Source: Leucoraja ocellata (lineage: Eukaryota). Taken from it: a stretch of 64,000 nt of DNA. The stretch covers positions 1,178,001-1,242,000 of the forward strand of contig JAWMAR010000471.1 of NCBI GenBank assembly GCA_036785375.1. Reading direction: 5' to 3'. The first letter of the stretch is position 1, and each line of letters starts with the position of its first letter. Both the position numbers and the translations under genes were made by a program. Below, in pieces: positions 12,870 to 26,385 of the stretch. The notes under the pieces were generated by a model. That model saw only the letters and a list, made by a program, of their open reading frames with translations, was not told the DNA's origin and searched no databases.

Positions 12870-15133
12870 TTATTTTAACTTACACTTTACCGATTTAAAT
12901 ATTTTTCCAGTGCAAATGATCGGATATGTTAGTACACGAAACAGCTCCTCTCTGAACTTGCTCTGGGTCACGGTGTAAATGGCCGTGTTGGTACAGGAGC
13001 TCAGCAGCTGAAGCATCAATCCAACCCTTTCCAATCCACCCAAGGGGTTTCCCCAGGCCTTGTGCATAAACACATTCAAACATCGAACCGCAATAAACTG
13101 TGCAACACTTGTGGCCCAGAGCAGGATGAAGCAGCTCGAGATTGCCAGAAGTAAAACGACCGACCGTCTGCGGTTCACCATCTCCTGGTCTTTCTTTTTC
13201 TCGCCACCGCTGAGGTCCCGGAGGTTCCTGCGGACCCGACTGGCCACGGAAATACGTCTGACGGTGAGCGCGTTAAACAACAAAATCAGGCAGAATGGAA
13301 TCACCGGGGTGAACAACTGTTCGGCCCAAGAGAACACTATCCATTCGGGATCAACGTAGAAATATACGAGTATCAGGCAGCCCGCTACCCGTTCTCTACC
13401 CGTTCCGTAAAAAGAAGTGTATGCAAAGGGCAAGGGTAGATTTTTGAGGCAGACGAACGGGCTCACGGTCAGGATAACAATCGTCGCGGTTCTCTCGGTA
13501 CAATATTTGGTTTTCATTCTCTGAGTAGAAATCGCAACAAAGCGATCAAATGTGAAAGCGACTGTGAACCACACCGAACAATTCACAGAGACTGATGCCA
13601 GGTAGATTGTCATTTTACACACAGGAGTGTAGGGCAAGGAAGCATGCCACCAATACATCTCAGCAATCCGGCGAAATATCACCTCACAGAGAATCACGGA
13701 GAGGTCCGCGGTCGCCATGGCTACCATGTAACGAGTGATGCACTTGGAGAGGCCGCACTTGCCACGGGACAGGATCACAATCGCCATCAGATTCACTGGG
13801 AAAGAATGAAAACAGAAATATAGAACATTTTCAACAGGTCAGACAATGTATCTAAAACTGAAATTAACAATCCAAATTACCGTCGATCAAATCAGAATGA
13901 ACAGGGGATCCTCCCAATATCAAATATGTGATTTATTTTTATAACGGTAGATTCAAATGCGCAGTATCGTTTTTATTGCTGAGACGTGAGCAACCTTTGC
14001 GTCGGGGCATTGAGTCAATCGAGGTCTGTATTAACGCGGTCTGTTTTTCCGAACATGAGGCCAAGGAACGAGATTCAGTGAAGCGCAGCAAATATGACTA
14101 CAAACACCCTTCACGAACATGGATAACAACATAACGGGCAAATATTTTCTGCCGAACAGCGGGCGGGCCTATGTACTGTACCTGACAAGAAAAAGTTCTG
14201 GAGAATCTCAGTGGCGCAAGCAATAACTCTGCAGGACATAGATATGCGACGCATCACCTCGAGACCCTTCTTTAGACTCCGATCGGAAGAATATTCCCCA
14301 CCCGATACGTAGACTGCGTCGGTCCTCCAGAGACGCTGCAAGACTGGTTGAGTTAACCAGTTCCTTGTTGTCACAGCACGATTGCTGCACTTGTAGTTTA
14401 TTTTATCTGTGCGCCGTTTTTTGTGGAGCACGTTGTACGTACGACCTTCAAACCTGTCTCTGCGAAATTATCCCTATGAGAATTTAAGAGCGAATCATAA
14501 AATGCAGTGTCAAATTACTGGACGGGGTGTATTTCTCGTTCTGCCGAGTGCAGTACGCACAGTGGAACAGAAACTGCCACTCACAGCGAGGACGAAGTTT
14601 CGCTTCACCTACCGGCATTGATTTCAGTAAAAAGCCGCGAAACTACATTCCTGCCAACGCCAATGAGCGGCATCCATCACATACACCATCGCGCTTCCTC
14701 GCTCCTAAAATGTACATTGTTTAGTTTATTTTAGATTAGGAATACAGCGCGAAAACAGGAAAACAGCCCACGTAATCCGCGCCGATCGCGCACACTAACA
14801 CGAGCCGACACACACCAGGGACAATGTATTTTACTTTTATGGAGCCTGGGAGGTAACCGAAGATCTGGTGGAAAACCTAAAAGGTTGTGGGGACAAGGTA
14901 CAAACTCCGCACAGACATCCGCTGTAAGACAGTTGGTCTAACGCTGCGCCGCCGTGCAGCCCTAACGCCTGCTAGTTATTTGGTATGTTCTCTTAACCTT
15001 TAATATTCTGCGCGTTTAAAACAGTCTTTGTTAGTTCCATGAGATGTACCGACAATTACCTACCAGGTATACCGATTACTGCCAGAATCGGGTAATACAC
15101 ATTTTCTATATCCGCGATCTCCTCATAATACAT
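12870..15133 (-). CDS. GPR139/GPR142-like GPCR, copy 2; complement(join(12870..13795,15064..15133))
   Basis: Exon 2 protein identical to copy 1. Exon 1 ends ...VIGIP with a gtaggt donor (copy 1: ...VIGIS, gtgggt). Confidence 0.9.
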
Positions 15134-15324
15134 TTTAATGCGACGGTCCAGGCGATCCTCCTTGTGCTGCCGCTCAGCGGTTGTCAGCGAAACAAACAAA
15201 TATCTGGGATATTTATAATGTAGACAAAGGGGAAAACAGGCAACTAGATTACATCCCTGTGGACATTACTTACACACTTTTGAACAAACATCTACTGTTT
15301 TCCATGTAATACTCAGATTCACCT

Positions 15325-18300
15325 TATTCTTAAACAGTTTGCCCGTGATTCTGGACTCCCCCAATTTCGGGAACATGGCTCATGCCCCTAGCGTGTCCAA
15401 AGCCTTAATAATCTTACATGTTTCAATAAGAATCCCTCTCATCCTTCTGAATTTCAGAGTATACAAGTCCACCCGCCCCCATTCTCTCACCATTGGACCG
15501 GTTAGATGCAGGTAAAATGTCCAGAAACAGAGGTCCCAGTTTACGAATAAGTGGTAGGCCATTTAGACGCATAGAAACAGAACATTCGATGCAGGAGTCG
15601 GCCATTCGGTCCTTCGAACCAGCACTGCCATTCAATGTGATCATGGCTGATCATCTAAAATCAATACCACGTTTTTGTGTTTTCCCCATATCCCTTGATT
15701 CCTTTAGCCCCAAGAGCTAAATCTAAATATTTCTTGAAACATCCAGTGAAGTGTCCTCCACTCCATACTGTGGCAGATAATTCCACAGATTTACAGCTCT
15801 CTGTGTGAAAGAGATTTCCCCTCATCTGTCCTAAATGTCCTATCCTTATTCTTAAACTTTGATCCCTTGTTCTAGGATCCCCCAACATCGGGAACATGTT
15901 TCATGCTTCTAGCCTATCCAATCCTTTAAGAATGTTATATGTTCTATAAGATGCCCTCACATCCTTCTAAATTCCAGTGAATACAAGCACACTCAACCCA
16001 TTTTTTCATCACATGTCAGTTCCGACAGAGCGGGAACTAACCTGGAGAACAGACGCTGCACTTCTTCAATAGCAATCAAGTCCTTCCACAAATTAGGAGA
16101 CCAAAACCGCTCACAAATGCGGTCCCACAAGGGCCCAAAACAACTTTGGATTGAGATGAGGAAAATCTGTTTCACCCAGAGAGTTGTGAATCTATGGAAT
16201 ACTCTACCACATAAGGCAGTGGAGACCGATTCACTGCAAGATTCCACGAGATAATTAGATTTAGCTCTTAGGGCTAAAGGAAACAAGGAATATGGGGATA
16301 AAGCAGGAACGGGGTACTGATTTTAAATAGAAACATCGAAACATAGAAAATATTTGCAGGAAGAGGGTATATGGCCCTTCGAGTCAGCAATAGACAATAG
16401 ACAATAGATAATAGGCGCAGGAGACGGCCATTCGGCCCTTTGAGGTTGCATTCATTGCGATCATGGCTGATCATCGCCAATCAGTACCCCGATCCTGCCT
16501 ACTCCCCATATCCCCTGACTCCGCTTCCTTCAAGAGCCCTATATGGCTCTCTGTTGAAAGTATCCAGAGAACCGACCTCCAGCGCACTCCAGAGAATTCC
16601 ACAGACTCACAACTCCCTATATGAAAAGGTGTTTCTCATCCTTCTAAACTCCAGAGTGTACAAGCCCAGCCGCTCCATTCTCTCAGCATATGACAGTCCC
16701 GCCATCCCGCGAATTAACCCTGTAATCCTACGTTGCACTCCCTCAATAGCAAGAATGTCCTTCCTCAAATTAGGGGAACTAAACTGCACACAATAATCCA
16801 GGTGTGGTCTCACTAGGGCCCTGTACAACTGCAAAATGATCTATTTGCTCTTCTACTCGATTCCACTTGTTATAAAGGCTAACATGTGATTCGCTTTCTT
16901 CACTGCCTGCTGTACATGTACGTCGCACAGACACGTCTGCACTTTGGTCTGTTTTGTCTGTTTTGACTGTTTTACTGTTTTAATGTGCTTTTTAAATAGC
17001 GTACAGTTTTGGTCTCCAAATCTGAGGAAGGACATTTTGCCATAGAGGGAGTGCAGAGACGGTTCATCAGACTGATTCCTGGGATGTCAGGACTGTCTTA
17101 TGAAGAAAGACTGGATATACTTGGTTTATACTCTATAGAATTTAGGAGATTGAGAGGGGATCTTATAGAAACTTACACAATTCTTAAGGGGTTGGACAGG
17201 CTAGATGCAGAAAGATTGTTCCCGATGTTAGGGAAGTCCAGGACAAGGGGTCACAGCTTAAGGATAAGGGGGAAATCCTTTAAAACCGAGATGAGAAGAA
17301 CTTTTTTTCACACAGAGAGTGGTGAATCTCTGGAACTCTCTGCCACAGAGGGTAGTTGAGGCCAGTTCATTGGCTATATTTAAGAGGGAGTTAGATGTGG
17401 CCCTTGTGGCTAAGGGGATCAGGGGGTATGGAGAGAAGGCAGGTACGGGATACTGAGTTGGATGATCAGACATGATCATATTGAATGGCGGTGCAGGCTA
17501 AAGGGCCGAATGACCCACTCCTGCACCTAATTTCTATGTGTCTATGTTTCTATGTATGTTTACAAACCATGTTCTCGGGGTATCTAAATCTAAATGTTAT
17601 TAGTTATTTCAGTTATGATATCGGATGGAAGCTGCATACCAAATCTCGTTGCACTTATGTGCAATGACAATAAAATACATTATTATTACCTGCATGCTTA
17701 CTTTTACTGACGAACAAGGATCCCGTTGTACTACCCCTTTTCCCAATTTGACGCAATTTAGATTGTAATCTGCCTTCTTGTATTTGATACCTAAGTGGAT
17801 AACCTCACATTATCCACTTTAAACTTCATCTGCCATGCATCTGCCCACTCACCCAATCTGTCCCTGTTACCCTGCATTATCATAGCACCCTCCTCAAAGT
17901 CCACACTGCCACCCAGCTTTGTGTCATCTGCAAATTTGTCAATGTTACTTTGAATACCTTCATCCAAATCATTGATGTATATTGAAAATAGCTGCGGTCT
18001 CAGCACCGAGCCTTACGGTACCCCACTAGTCACTACCTGCTATTCTAAAAGGGACCCGTTAATCCCAACTCTTTGTTTCTTGTCTGCCAACCAATTTTCT
18101 ATCCATGTCAGCACTCTACCCCCAATACCGCGTGCCCTAATTTTGCCCACCGTTCTCCTGTGGGATCTTATCCTATGCTTTCTGAAAGTTCAAATGCACT
18201 ACATGCACTGACTCTGCCTTGTCCATTTTCCTAGTTACATCCTCAAAAAATTCCAGAAGATTAGTCAAGCATGATTTCCCCTTCGTAAATCCATGCTGAC

Positions 18301-20955
18301 TCGGGCCGATCCTGTTACTGCTTTTCAAATGTGCGGTTAACTCATCCTTTATAATTGACTCCAGCATCTTCCCCACCACCGATGCCAGGCTAACTCGTCT
18401 ATAATTCCCAGTTTTCTCTCTCCCGCCTTTCTTAAAATGTGGGATAACATTAGCTACCGTACAATCCACAGGAACTGACCCTGAATCTATAGAACAATGT
18501 AAAATTATCACTAATGCATCCACGATTTCTAGAGCCACTTCCTTAAGTACTCAAGGATGCAGATCATCAGGCACTGGGGATTTAACAGCCTTCGGACCCA
18601 CCAGTCTACCCAACACAATGTCCTGCCTAATGTGGATTTCCTTCAGTTCCTCCGTCACCACAGATCCTCTGGCCACTACTATATCAGGAAGATTGTTTGT
18701 GTCCTCCTTAGTGAAGACAGATACAAAGTACCTGTTCAACTCATCTGCCGTTTCCTTGTTCCCATAATAAATTCAACTTTTTCGGCCTTCAAGTGTCCAA
18801 CTTTGGTCTCAGCTATTTTTTCCTCTCCACCTAATACCTAAAGAAGCTTTTACTATCCACCTTTATATTCTTGGCTAGCAAGAGGGTTGGGTAATGTTTA
18901 AAGCGCAACAGAAGGGAACTAAAAAGACAATACGGGGAGAAAGATGGCTACGTACCACATCTTTTCCCCCCGTATTGTATTTTAAGTTATCCTTTGTTGC
19001 GCTTTAAACATTAACCAATCCTCTTGCTTCCCGCTCATCTTTGCTACGTTGTACTTCTTCTCTGTTATTTTTATACTGTCCCTGACGTCACTTGTCAGCC
19101 ACGGTCGCCCCCTATTGTCCTTGGAATGTTTCTTCCTCCAAGGAATGAACTGATCCTGCACCTTCTGTATTATTCTTGGAAATACCTGCCATTGTTGTTC
19201 CACTGTCATCCATGCTTGCTAGGGTATCTTTACAGTCAACTTTGGCCAGTTCCTCCTTCATGGCACGATAGTAATCTTTATTCAACTGTAACCCTGACTC
19301 CTCTGACCTATCCTTCTCCCTCTCCCATTGTATATTAAACCTGACCATATTATGGCTACTTCCTTCTAATGGCTCATTAACCTCGAGTTCCTTTATCAAA
19401 TCCAGTTCATCACATAACACTAAATCCAAAATTGCCTTCTCCCTGGTAGGCTCCAATATAAGCTGCTCAAACAATCCATCACGAAGACACTGTACAAAGT
19501 CCCTTTCTTGGGATCCAGTACTAACCTGATTTTCCCAGTCTACCTACATGTTGAAATCCCCCATAACAACCACAGCATTACCTTTGCTACATGCCAATTC
19601 TAACTCCTGATTCAACGCACCCTATGCCCAGGCTATCCTTTTGGGGCCTGTAGATTAGTCCCACTAAGAGCCCAAGTCTTTATACCCTTATAAATCTTTA
19701 GTTCTATCCATAATGACTCCACATCTCCTGTTTCAATGTTACCCCTTGCAAGGGACTGAATTTCATTCCTCACCAACAGACTCACCCCACGCCCTCTGCC
19801 CACACTACTTTACAAAGGAGTAAACACTGCCCAGTCCATCATCGGCTCTGACCTTCCCTCCATCGAGGGGTTTTATCTCAGTCGCTGCCTCAAAAAGGCT
19901 GGCAGTATTTTCAAAGACCCACACCATCCTGGCCACACACTCATCTCCCTGCTAACTTCAGGTAGAAGGTACAGGAGCCTGAAGTCTGCAACAACCAGGT
20001 TCAGGAATAGCTACTTCCCCTCAGCCATCAGGCTATTGAACCTGGCTCGGACAAAACTCTGAGTATTAACAACCACTTTCTGTTATTTGCACTTTAACAG
20101 TTATTTATTCATGTGTGTATATATTTAGATCAGTGTATATGGACACATTTATCTGTTTTGTAGTAAATGCCTACTATGTTCTGTGTGCTTCAGCAAAGCA
20201 AGAGTTTCATTGTCCTATACAGGGACACATTACAATAAACTCACTTGAACTTGACGAACTTGAACCTGTCTGCCTTTTCAATATGAGGCATACGATTGAA
20301 TATTCAGTTACCAGCCCTGGCCCTCTTGCAGCCATGTCTCAGTATTTCCCACAACATCATACTTGCCAATTTCTAAATGAGCCTCAAGCTTGTCCACTTT
20401 ATTTCTTATACTTCGCGCATTCAAATAATTTGACCTCCGTATTCCCGTCCCCCCCCCCCCCCCCCCCTCGCACCCCGCTCGCAATTGGCCATGCATATTG
20501 ACCATGGCTGCTCATCCACTATCTGTAACCAAGGCCTGTCTTTTCCTCCTGCCTATTGATTCTCGCAGCCCCAAGAGCTCAATTTCGCTCTCTTTTCACT
20601 TCATCCAATGAATTGCCTCCACTGCCTTCTGTGACAGATCATTCCGGAAATTCACAACTGTCTGGGTGAAAAATATTTTTTTTCATCTCAGTTTGAAATG
20701 CCCTCCCGTTTAATCTTCGACTGTGGACTCTGGTTCTGGGCCACTCAAGCATTTGGACCATTGTTCCTGCATCTAGATTGACCAGTCCTTTTATGATTCT
20801 TTCTGTTTATGCAAGATGCCCTCTCATCCTTCTAAATTCATGTGAATACAAGACCAGTCCTTCCCACCTTTCCTCATATGACAGTCCCGCCATACCGGGG
20901 ATTACCTTGAACGTACGCGACACTCATTCCAGAGCAAGGATGTCTTTCCCCAAAT
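15325..20955. mobile_element. CR1 mosaic, mirror of 130-5760
   Basis: Mirrored ORF fragments. Confidence 0.93.
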
Positions 20956-21164
20956 TAGGATTGATCCATTTGTTCCGCTATAGGATCTTTGGTTCTGACG
21001 CCAGCACCATAACCGCAATGGATGAAATACAATAGTTCTTAACTTATTTGGATCAATGATGATGGTAACAGAGCTACCGAGTGACAGGGATTCTTGGACT
21101 GCAGGGAAATCACCCAGCTCCCAATTGGTCACATCTACAGCATGTACAGTGCCAGGAAACATAG

Positions 21165-21570
21165 CAACATAGAAACATAGAAATTAGGTGCAGGAGTAGG
21201 CCATTCGGCCCTTCGAGCCTGCACCGCCATTCAATATGATCATGGCTGATCATCCAACTCAGTATCCCGTACCCGCCTTCTCTCCATATGCCCTGATCCC
21301 CTTAGCCACAAGGGCCACATCTAACTCCCTCTTAAATATAGCCAATGAACTGGCCTCAACTACCCTCTGTGACAGAGAGTTCCAGAGTGTCACCACTCTC
21401 TGTGTGAAAAAAGTTCTTCTCATCTCGGTTTTAAAGGATTTCCCCCTTATCCTTAAGCTGTGACCCCTTGTCCTTGACTTCCCCAACATCGGGAACAATC
21501 TTCCTGCATCTAGCCTGTCCAACCCCGTAAAAATGTTGTAAGTTTCTATAAGATCCCCCCTCAATCTCCT
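21165..21570 (-). mobile_element. CR1 3' fragment
   Basis: ORF 21259..21564 RGDLIETY...WNSL; GAAACATA tail. Confidence 0.92.
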
Positions 21571-22404
21571 AATGAAACCACGAGGCGGCTTCCCTTGTGA
21601 CCAGATAACTTGTCGACGGGGCGGCCTGTAATTAAGATTGAACCGTAAGAGACTACGACCAAACAGTCAGCTGATCAAATCGGTACCCGGTCGTGGCGCC
21701 GACAGACTAGAAGCCGATGCAAAGAAGTCGAAGCCCAAGAACCGAGTGAAAACGAGGCCGAAGCGCCAATAAACCGAAAGAGTCAATGTGAAACAGAGCA
21801 CACAGCATTTCCTCCTGTCTCTTTGATAAAGCAGGCTTGCTTTTGTCCCCAACCTACTTCTCCAGGGGCTGCGATTTGACCCGTGTGCGGACGTGGCGCC
21901 GACGGAAGAGAGGCCGAAGAAAAGAAATCGAAGCCAAAGAACCGAATGGAAATGAGGTCAAAACGACAATATACTTAAAGATTACGAAGGCGACACGCCT
22001 ACTAACCGACAGGATGCGACGACTAAAAGCCAATTTACCGGAAAGCTGCGTCGCCTAAAAGCAAACGGATCGAATGGCCGCTCTGTCGAAACGCCACCTA
22101 CCCGAAAGACGGCGTCGCCTACGCGCCAACGAACTGCTCAACAGAAAAGTCTAATAACGTCCATAACGTTGCCGGGGATGGGACTTGTCAGCGATTGGTC
22201 CAGACCCACGCGTCCATCACATCACTGTGAAGGCATGAACATTGTCCCAAACCTCCGCTCCCGCCGACCCGCAGCCCGCGGTGGGTGGCCGTGGGAGAAT
22301 GGGGGCTGCCCTGAGGGAAGCACACCTTCGGCCGATTTCAACTTGGTGATTGAGTTCAGATTGCGCAGTCACCTATGGCTTGTGTGGGAAAATGAACCCG
22401 ACGC

Positions 22405-22640
22405 TCCCGTCTCCCCCTTCACTCTCCCTTCTTCTCTCTCCCCCTCTCTCTTTCTCCTCTCTCTCGCTTCTATCTCCTCCTCTATCTCCCTTCTTCTCTC
22501 TCCTGCTCTCATGCCACTCATCTCTCTCTCCTCATCTCTCTGCGCTCTTCTCTCTCTCCACTCTTCTCTATCTCTTCCCCTCCTCTCCCCCCTCTCTCCC
22601 GTCTCTCTCCCTCCCTTGTCTCTCTCTCCCTTCTCTCTCT
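22405..22640. repeat. CT-rich low-complexity tract
   Basis: Imperfect (CT)n / pyrimidine run. Confidence 0.95.
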
Positions 22641-22689
22641 GTGGACAAAATCCATCCAGTGACCCCCCCCCCCCCCACTGCCCTCTGTG

Positions 22690-24080
22690 ACAGGGAATCC
22701 GCAAAATCACAACTCTCGGGGTGAAACGGTTTTTCTCACCTCAGTCTTAAATGGCCTCCCCTTTATTCTAAAACTGTGGCCCCTGGTTCTGGACTCGCCC
22801 AACAATGGAAACATTTTTTCACCACCATACCAGGAATCAATCTCGTGAGCCTACGCTGCACTGCCTCACTAGGATGTCCTTCCTCAAATTAGGATGTCAA
22901 AACTGTACACAATATTCCTGATGTCGTCTCATCAGAGCCTATACAACTGCAGAAGATCCTCTTTACTCCTATACTGAAATATTCTTGTTATGAAGGACAA
23001 CATTCCATTAACTCGCTTCACTGCCTGCTGCACCTATACGCCATCATTCAGTGACTGGTGTACAAGAACACCTAGGTCTCGCTGCACACCCCCCTTAACT
23101 AACCTAACCCCATTGAGATACTAATCTGCCCCTTAGTTTTGCCGCCAAAGTGGAGACCCTCTCATTTATCCATATTATACTGCATCTGCCGCGCATCTGC
23201 ACACTCACTCAACCTGTCCAGGTCACCCTGCAACCTCCTAACATCCTCTTCCCAGTTCACACTGCCACCTAACTTTGTGTCATCCGCAAAACTTGCTAGT
23301 ATTGTTCTTAATTCCCTCTTCCAAATCATGAATTGATATGGTAAACAGTTGCAGTCCCAACAACGAGTCCTGCGGCACTCCACTAGCCACTGCCTGCCAT
23401 TCTGAAATGGACCCGTTCACTCCTACACTTTGCTTCCGGTCTGCCAACCAATGTTCTATCCATGTCAATACCCCAACCCCAATACCATGTGCTCTAATTT
23501 TACTCACCAGTCTCCCGTGCGGGACATTATCAAAGGTTTTCTGAAAGTCTAGATACACTGCATCCACTGGCTCCCCTTCTTCAATTTTACTTATTACATC
23601 CTCAAAAAATAGTCAAGCATGATTTCACTTTCATAAATCCATGTTGACTTGGACTAATCCTTTTATTGCTATCCAAATGCCCCATTGTTACCTCTTTAAT
23701 ATTGGACTCTAGCATCTTTCCCACCACCGAAGTCAGGCTAACTGGTCTGTAATCCCAGATTTTCTTTGTCGCTCCGTTCTTGAACAGTGGGATAACATTA
23801 GCTAACGTCAAACCCACAGGAACTGATCCTCAATCTATTGAACATTGGGAAATGATCACCAATGCGTCCACTATTTCTAGAGCCACCTCCCTAAGGACCC
23901 TGGGATGCAGACCATCAGGCCCAGGGGATTATCATCCTATAGTCCCATTAGCCAACACAAAACTATTTCTCGCCTAATGAAAATATATTTCAGTACCTCT
24001 GAAGGATGATAAATCCCCTGCACCTGGTGGTCTGCAGTACTTCAGGTGTGGTCTCACCAAGACCCTGTACATCTGCAGGG
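22690..24080 (-). mobile_element. Degenerate CR1 RT region
   Basis: YRPVSLTSVVGK, VYLDFQKTFD, FADDTKLGG fragments. Confidence 0.9.
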
Positions 24081-24659
24081 TAGATGGATGGTAGAAGAAT
24101 GGTAGAACATCAGCAATATAAAGTGTTCAGCAGAGCTGCCACCTCCTGAAGTAGGCATGCCTGCATCGTGTCGCTGCTTATGGCGGACACGTTAATGAAA
24201 TGTAACGGCATGTTAGCCACGCTCACGGCCTGATAGAGAAAACGGCCTGGCGTAATTTCCTGCAGCTTCGGGATATCTGGCTGGGAAGTCAGAGGCACCA
24301 GGAAGGCCACCCCACTCGAATTTGTGCTGAGGTGGCTCTTCCCATTCCATGAGACAGGTGGTTTCATCACTGACAACAGTATGCGCCTCTTGCAGAAAAC
24401 TTACTGATATTTCCCCTCTTTGACGACTGACGGATGATGAAATCTGTGAAGGTCCCCCTTTCCGCCATTAATGGTTAGGCTATCAACTGCGATCTTCATG
24501 TTGAAGTAATACTAAGGGTTTTCCCTCACACTCTCGTAGGAGTTGGGCTCCACTCTCTTAGGAGCATGCAGGGTCCCCAAACTGACGCGTCTCAGACTCG
24601 GGAAGACCACTGTCTTTACTGCGAAGGATAGCATCAAGTGCCCGGTTAAGTTTCGGCAG

Positions 24660-25420
24660 GTACACAAACATGTTGGAGAAACTCAGCGGGTGCAGCAGCA
24701 TCTATGGAGCGAAGGAGATAAGTAACGTTTCGGGCCGAAACCCTTCTTCAGACTGAAAGGGGGTGGCGGGGAGAAGGAAGGAAAAAGGGTGGAGGAGGAG
24801 CCCGAGGGCTGGGGGATGGGAGAAGACAGCTCGAGGGCTAAGGAAGGGGAGGGGACAGCAAGGGCTAACACAATTGGGATAATTCAATATTCATGCCCGC
24901 CGGATGCAGGCTCCCCAAGCGGAATATGAGGTGATGTTCCTCCAATTCCCGGTGTTGCTCACTCTGGCAATGGCGGAGACCCAGGACCGAGAGGTCGGAT
25001 TGGGAATGGGAGGGGGAGTTGAAGTGCTGCGCCACCGGGAGGTCAGATAGGTTCTTGCGGACCGAGCGGAGGTGTTCGGCGAAACGATGGCCCAACCTCC
25101 GCTTAGTCTCACCGATGTAAATCAGCTGACATCTAGAGCACCGGATGCAGTAGATGAGGTTGGAGGAGCTACTGGTGAACCTCTGTCGCACCTGGAACGA
25201 CTGCTTGGGTCCTTGAATGGAGGCGTAAAGGGACAGGTGTTGCATTTCTTGCGGTTGCAACGGAAAGTGCCCAGGGAGCGGGTGGTACGGGAGGGAAGGG
25301 AAGAATTGACAAGGGAGTTGCGGAGGGAGCGGTCTTTGCGGAAGGCAGACATTGGGGGAGATGGGAAGATGTGGCTAGTGGTGGGGTTACGTTGGCGGTG
25401 GCGGAAATGACGTTGGATTA
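24660..25420 (-). mobile_element. Penelope-like element, GIY-YIG endonuclease end
   Basis: NLIYCIRCSRCQLIYIGETKRRLGHRFAEH; typical ctgaagaagggtttcggcccgaaacg terminus. Confidence 0.92.
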
Positions 25421-25779
25421 TATTAGTTTCGGCAACACACGCGGTAGGGGATCCCATCATGCTCCACGAACAAGCGCCCCTCTGCGCTCGACCCCGTTCA
25501 CACCTTCATAAGCACCCGCCTCTTAAACCTCAACGTCCCTTTAGAACGCCTTCACGCCAGGGCTGCGCAACCCCAGTCAGCCTAGACCGCACCTCCCCAA
25601 TCTTGGCCAGGTGTGGAAGGAGGAGTGCGTCCCGGGTGAAAGTGGGAATACAGTGCTGGAGAACCGGTCTCACGGTGGACACCCACGGTTCAATCTGATT
25701 GCAATCTGATTACAATCTGGTTTGGGAATTGCTCTGCCCAGGCCAAGAAGGTTCTGCAGAGAGTGGTGCGTTCGGCCGA

Positions 25780-26230
25780 ACGCTCTATGGGAACTTCACT
25801 CGTCCCTCGGCAGGAACTATACATCAGGAGGTGCAACTCCAGAGCCAGATCATGGGAGACCCCTTCCACCCCTGCAACAGACTGTTCCAGCTGCTGCGTT
25901 CATGCAAACGCCTCCGTTACCATGCTGTGAGAACGGGGAGCTTGAGAAGGAGTTTCTTCACCGAAGCCACTAGGACTTTAAACTCCTATCTCACCAGGGA
26001 CTAACTTAACTGTACCACTCTACTGCTTTTTTTTAAATTGCTGTTTTCCCCCCCTTTTTCTTTCCGCCCACAATATTTAATATGTAAAAGAATATGTGAT
26101 TCTGTTTGTAGTTTGTCTGGTTATTTGTTTGTTCGTTTGTTTTTGCACAAAGTCCGCGAGCCTTGCCACTTTTCATTGCATTGCACATGTCGTATATGTA
26201 TGTGACGAATAAACTTGACTTGACTTGACT
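25780..26230 (+). mobile_element. Rex1/Babar-like 3' fragment
   Basis: DPFHPCNRLFQLL...RTGSLRRSFF..A.RTLN; AATAAA followed by a (CTTGA)n tail. Confidence 0.75.
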
Positions 26231-26385
26231 GGACTTCCACGGGTACAAAGACCACCGACTGTGAGCCACTTCTCCAGAACTAGGGCCACATCCTGCCGTG
26301 AATTTAATATAATCTCACACTTCCCCCATGCAACCTCGGAGGAGGCAATCTCATCCTTCTCGAAAAGATCATGCAGACCTATTTC

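Larger units (their letters stand above)
11746..21092 (-). repeat. Right arm of the inverted duplication
   Basis: Reverse complement of 1-9339; starts immediately after the 200-N gap. Confidence 0.97.
24090..26385 (-). mobile_element. Fragmented Tx1-like element (ORF1 pieces and ORF2 endonuclease start) interrupted by Penelope and Rex1 insertions
   Basis: Minus-strand readings MKIAVDSLTINGGK, SSGVAFL, EITPGRFL (APE-like) and LLLPHLAKIGEVRS (ORF1-like). Confidence 0.65.

Noticed and set aside
21692-21905. TGGCGCCGA resembling a retroviral primer-binding site
   Set aside because: Match is too short, there is no adjacent LTR end, and no gag/pol follows.
22169-22724. Long Ser/Leu/Pro-rich and Arg/Glu-rich ORFs
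   Set aside because: By-products of the CT-rich simple repeat.
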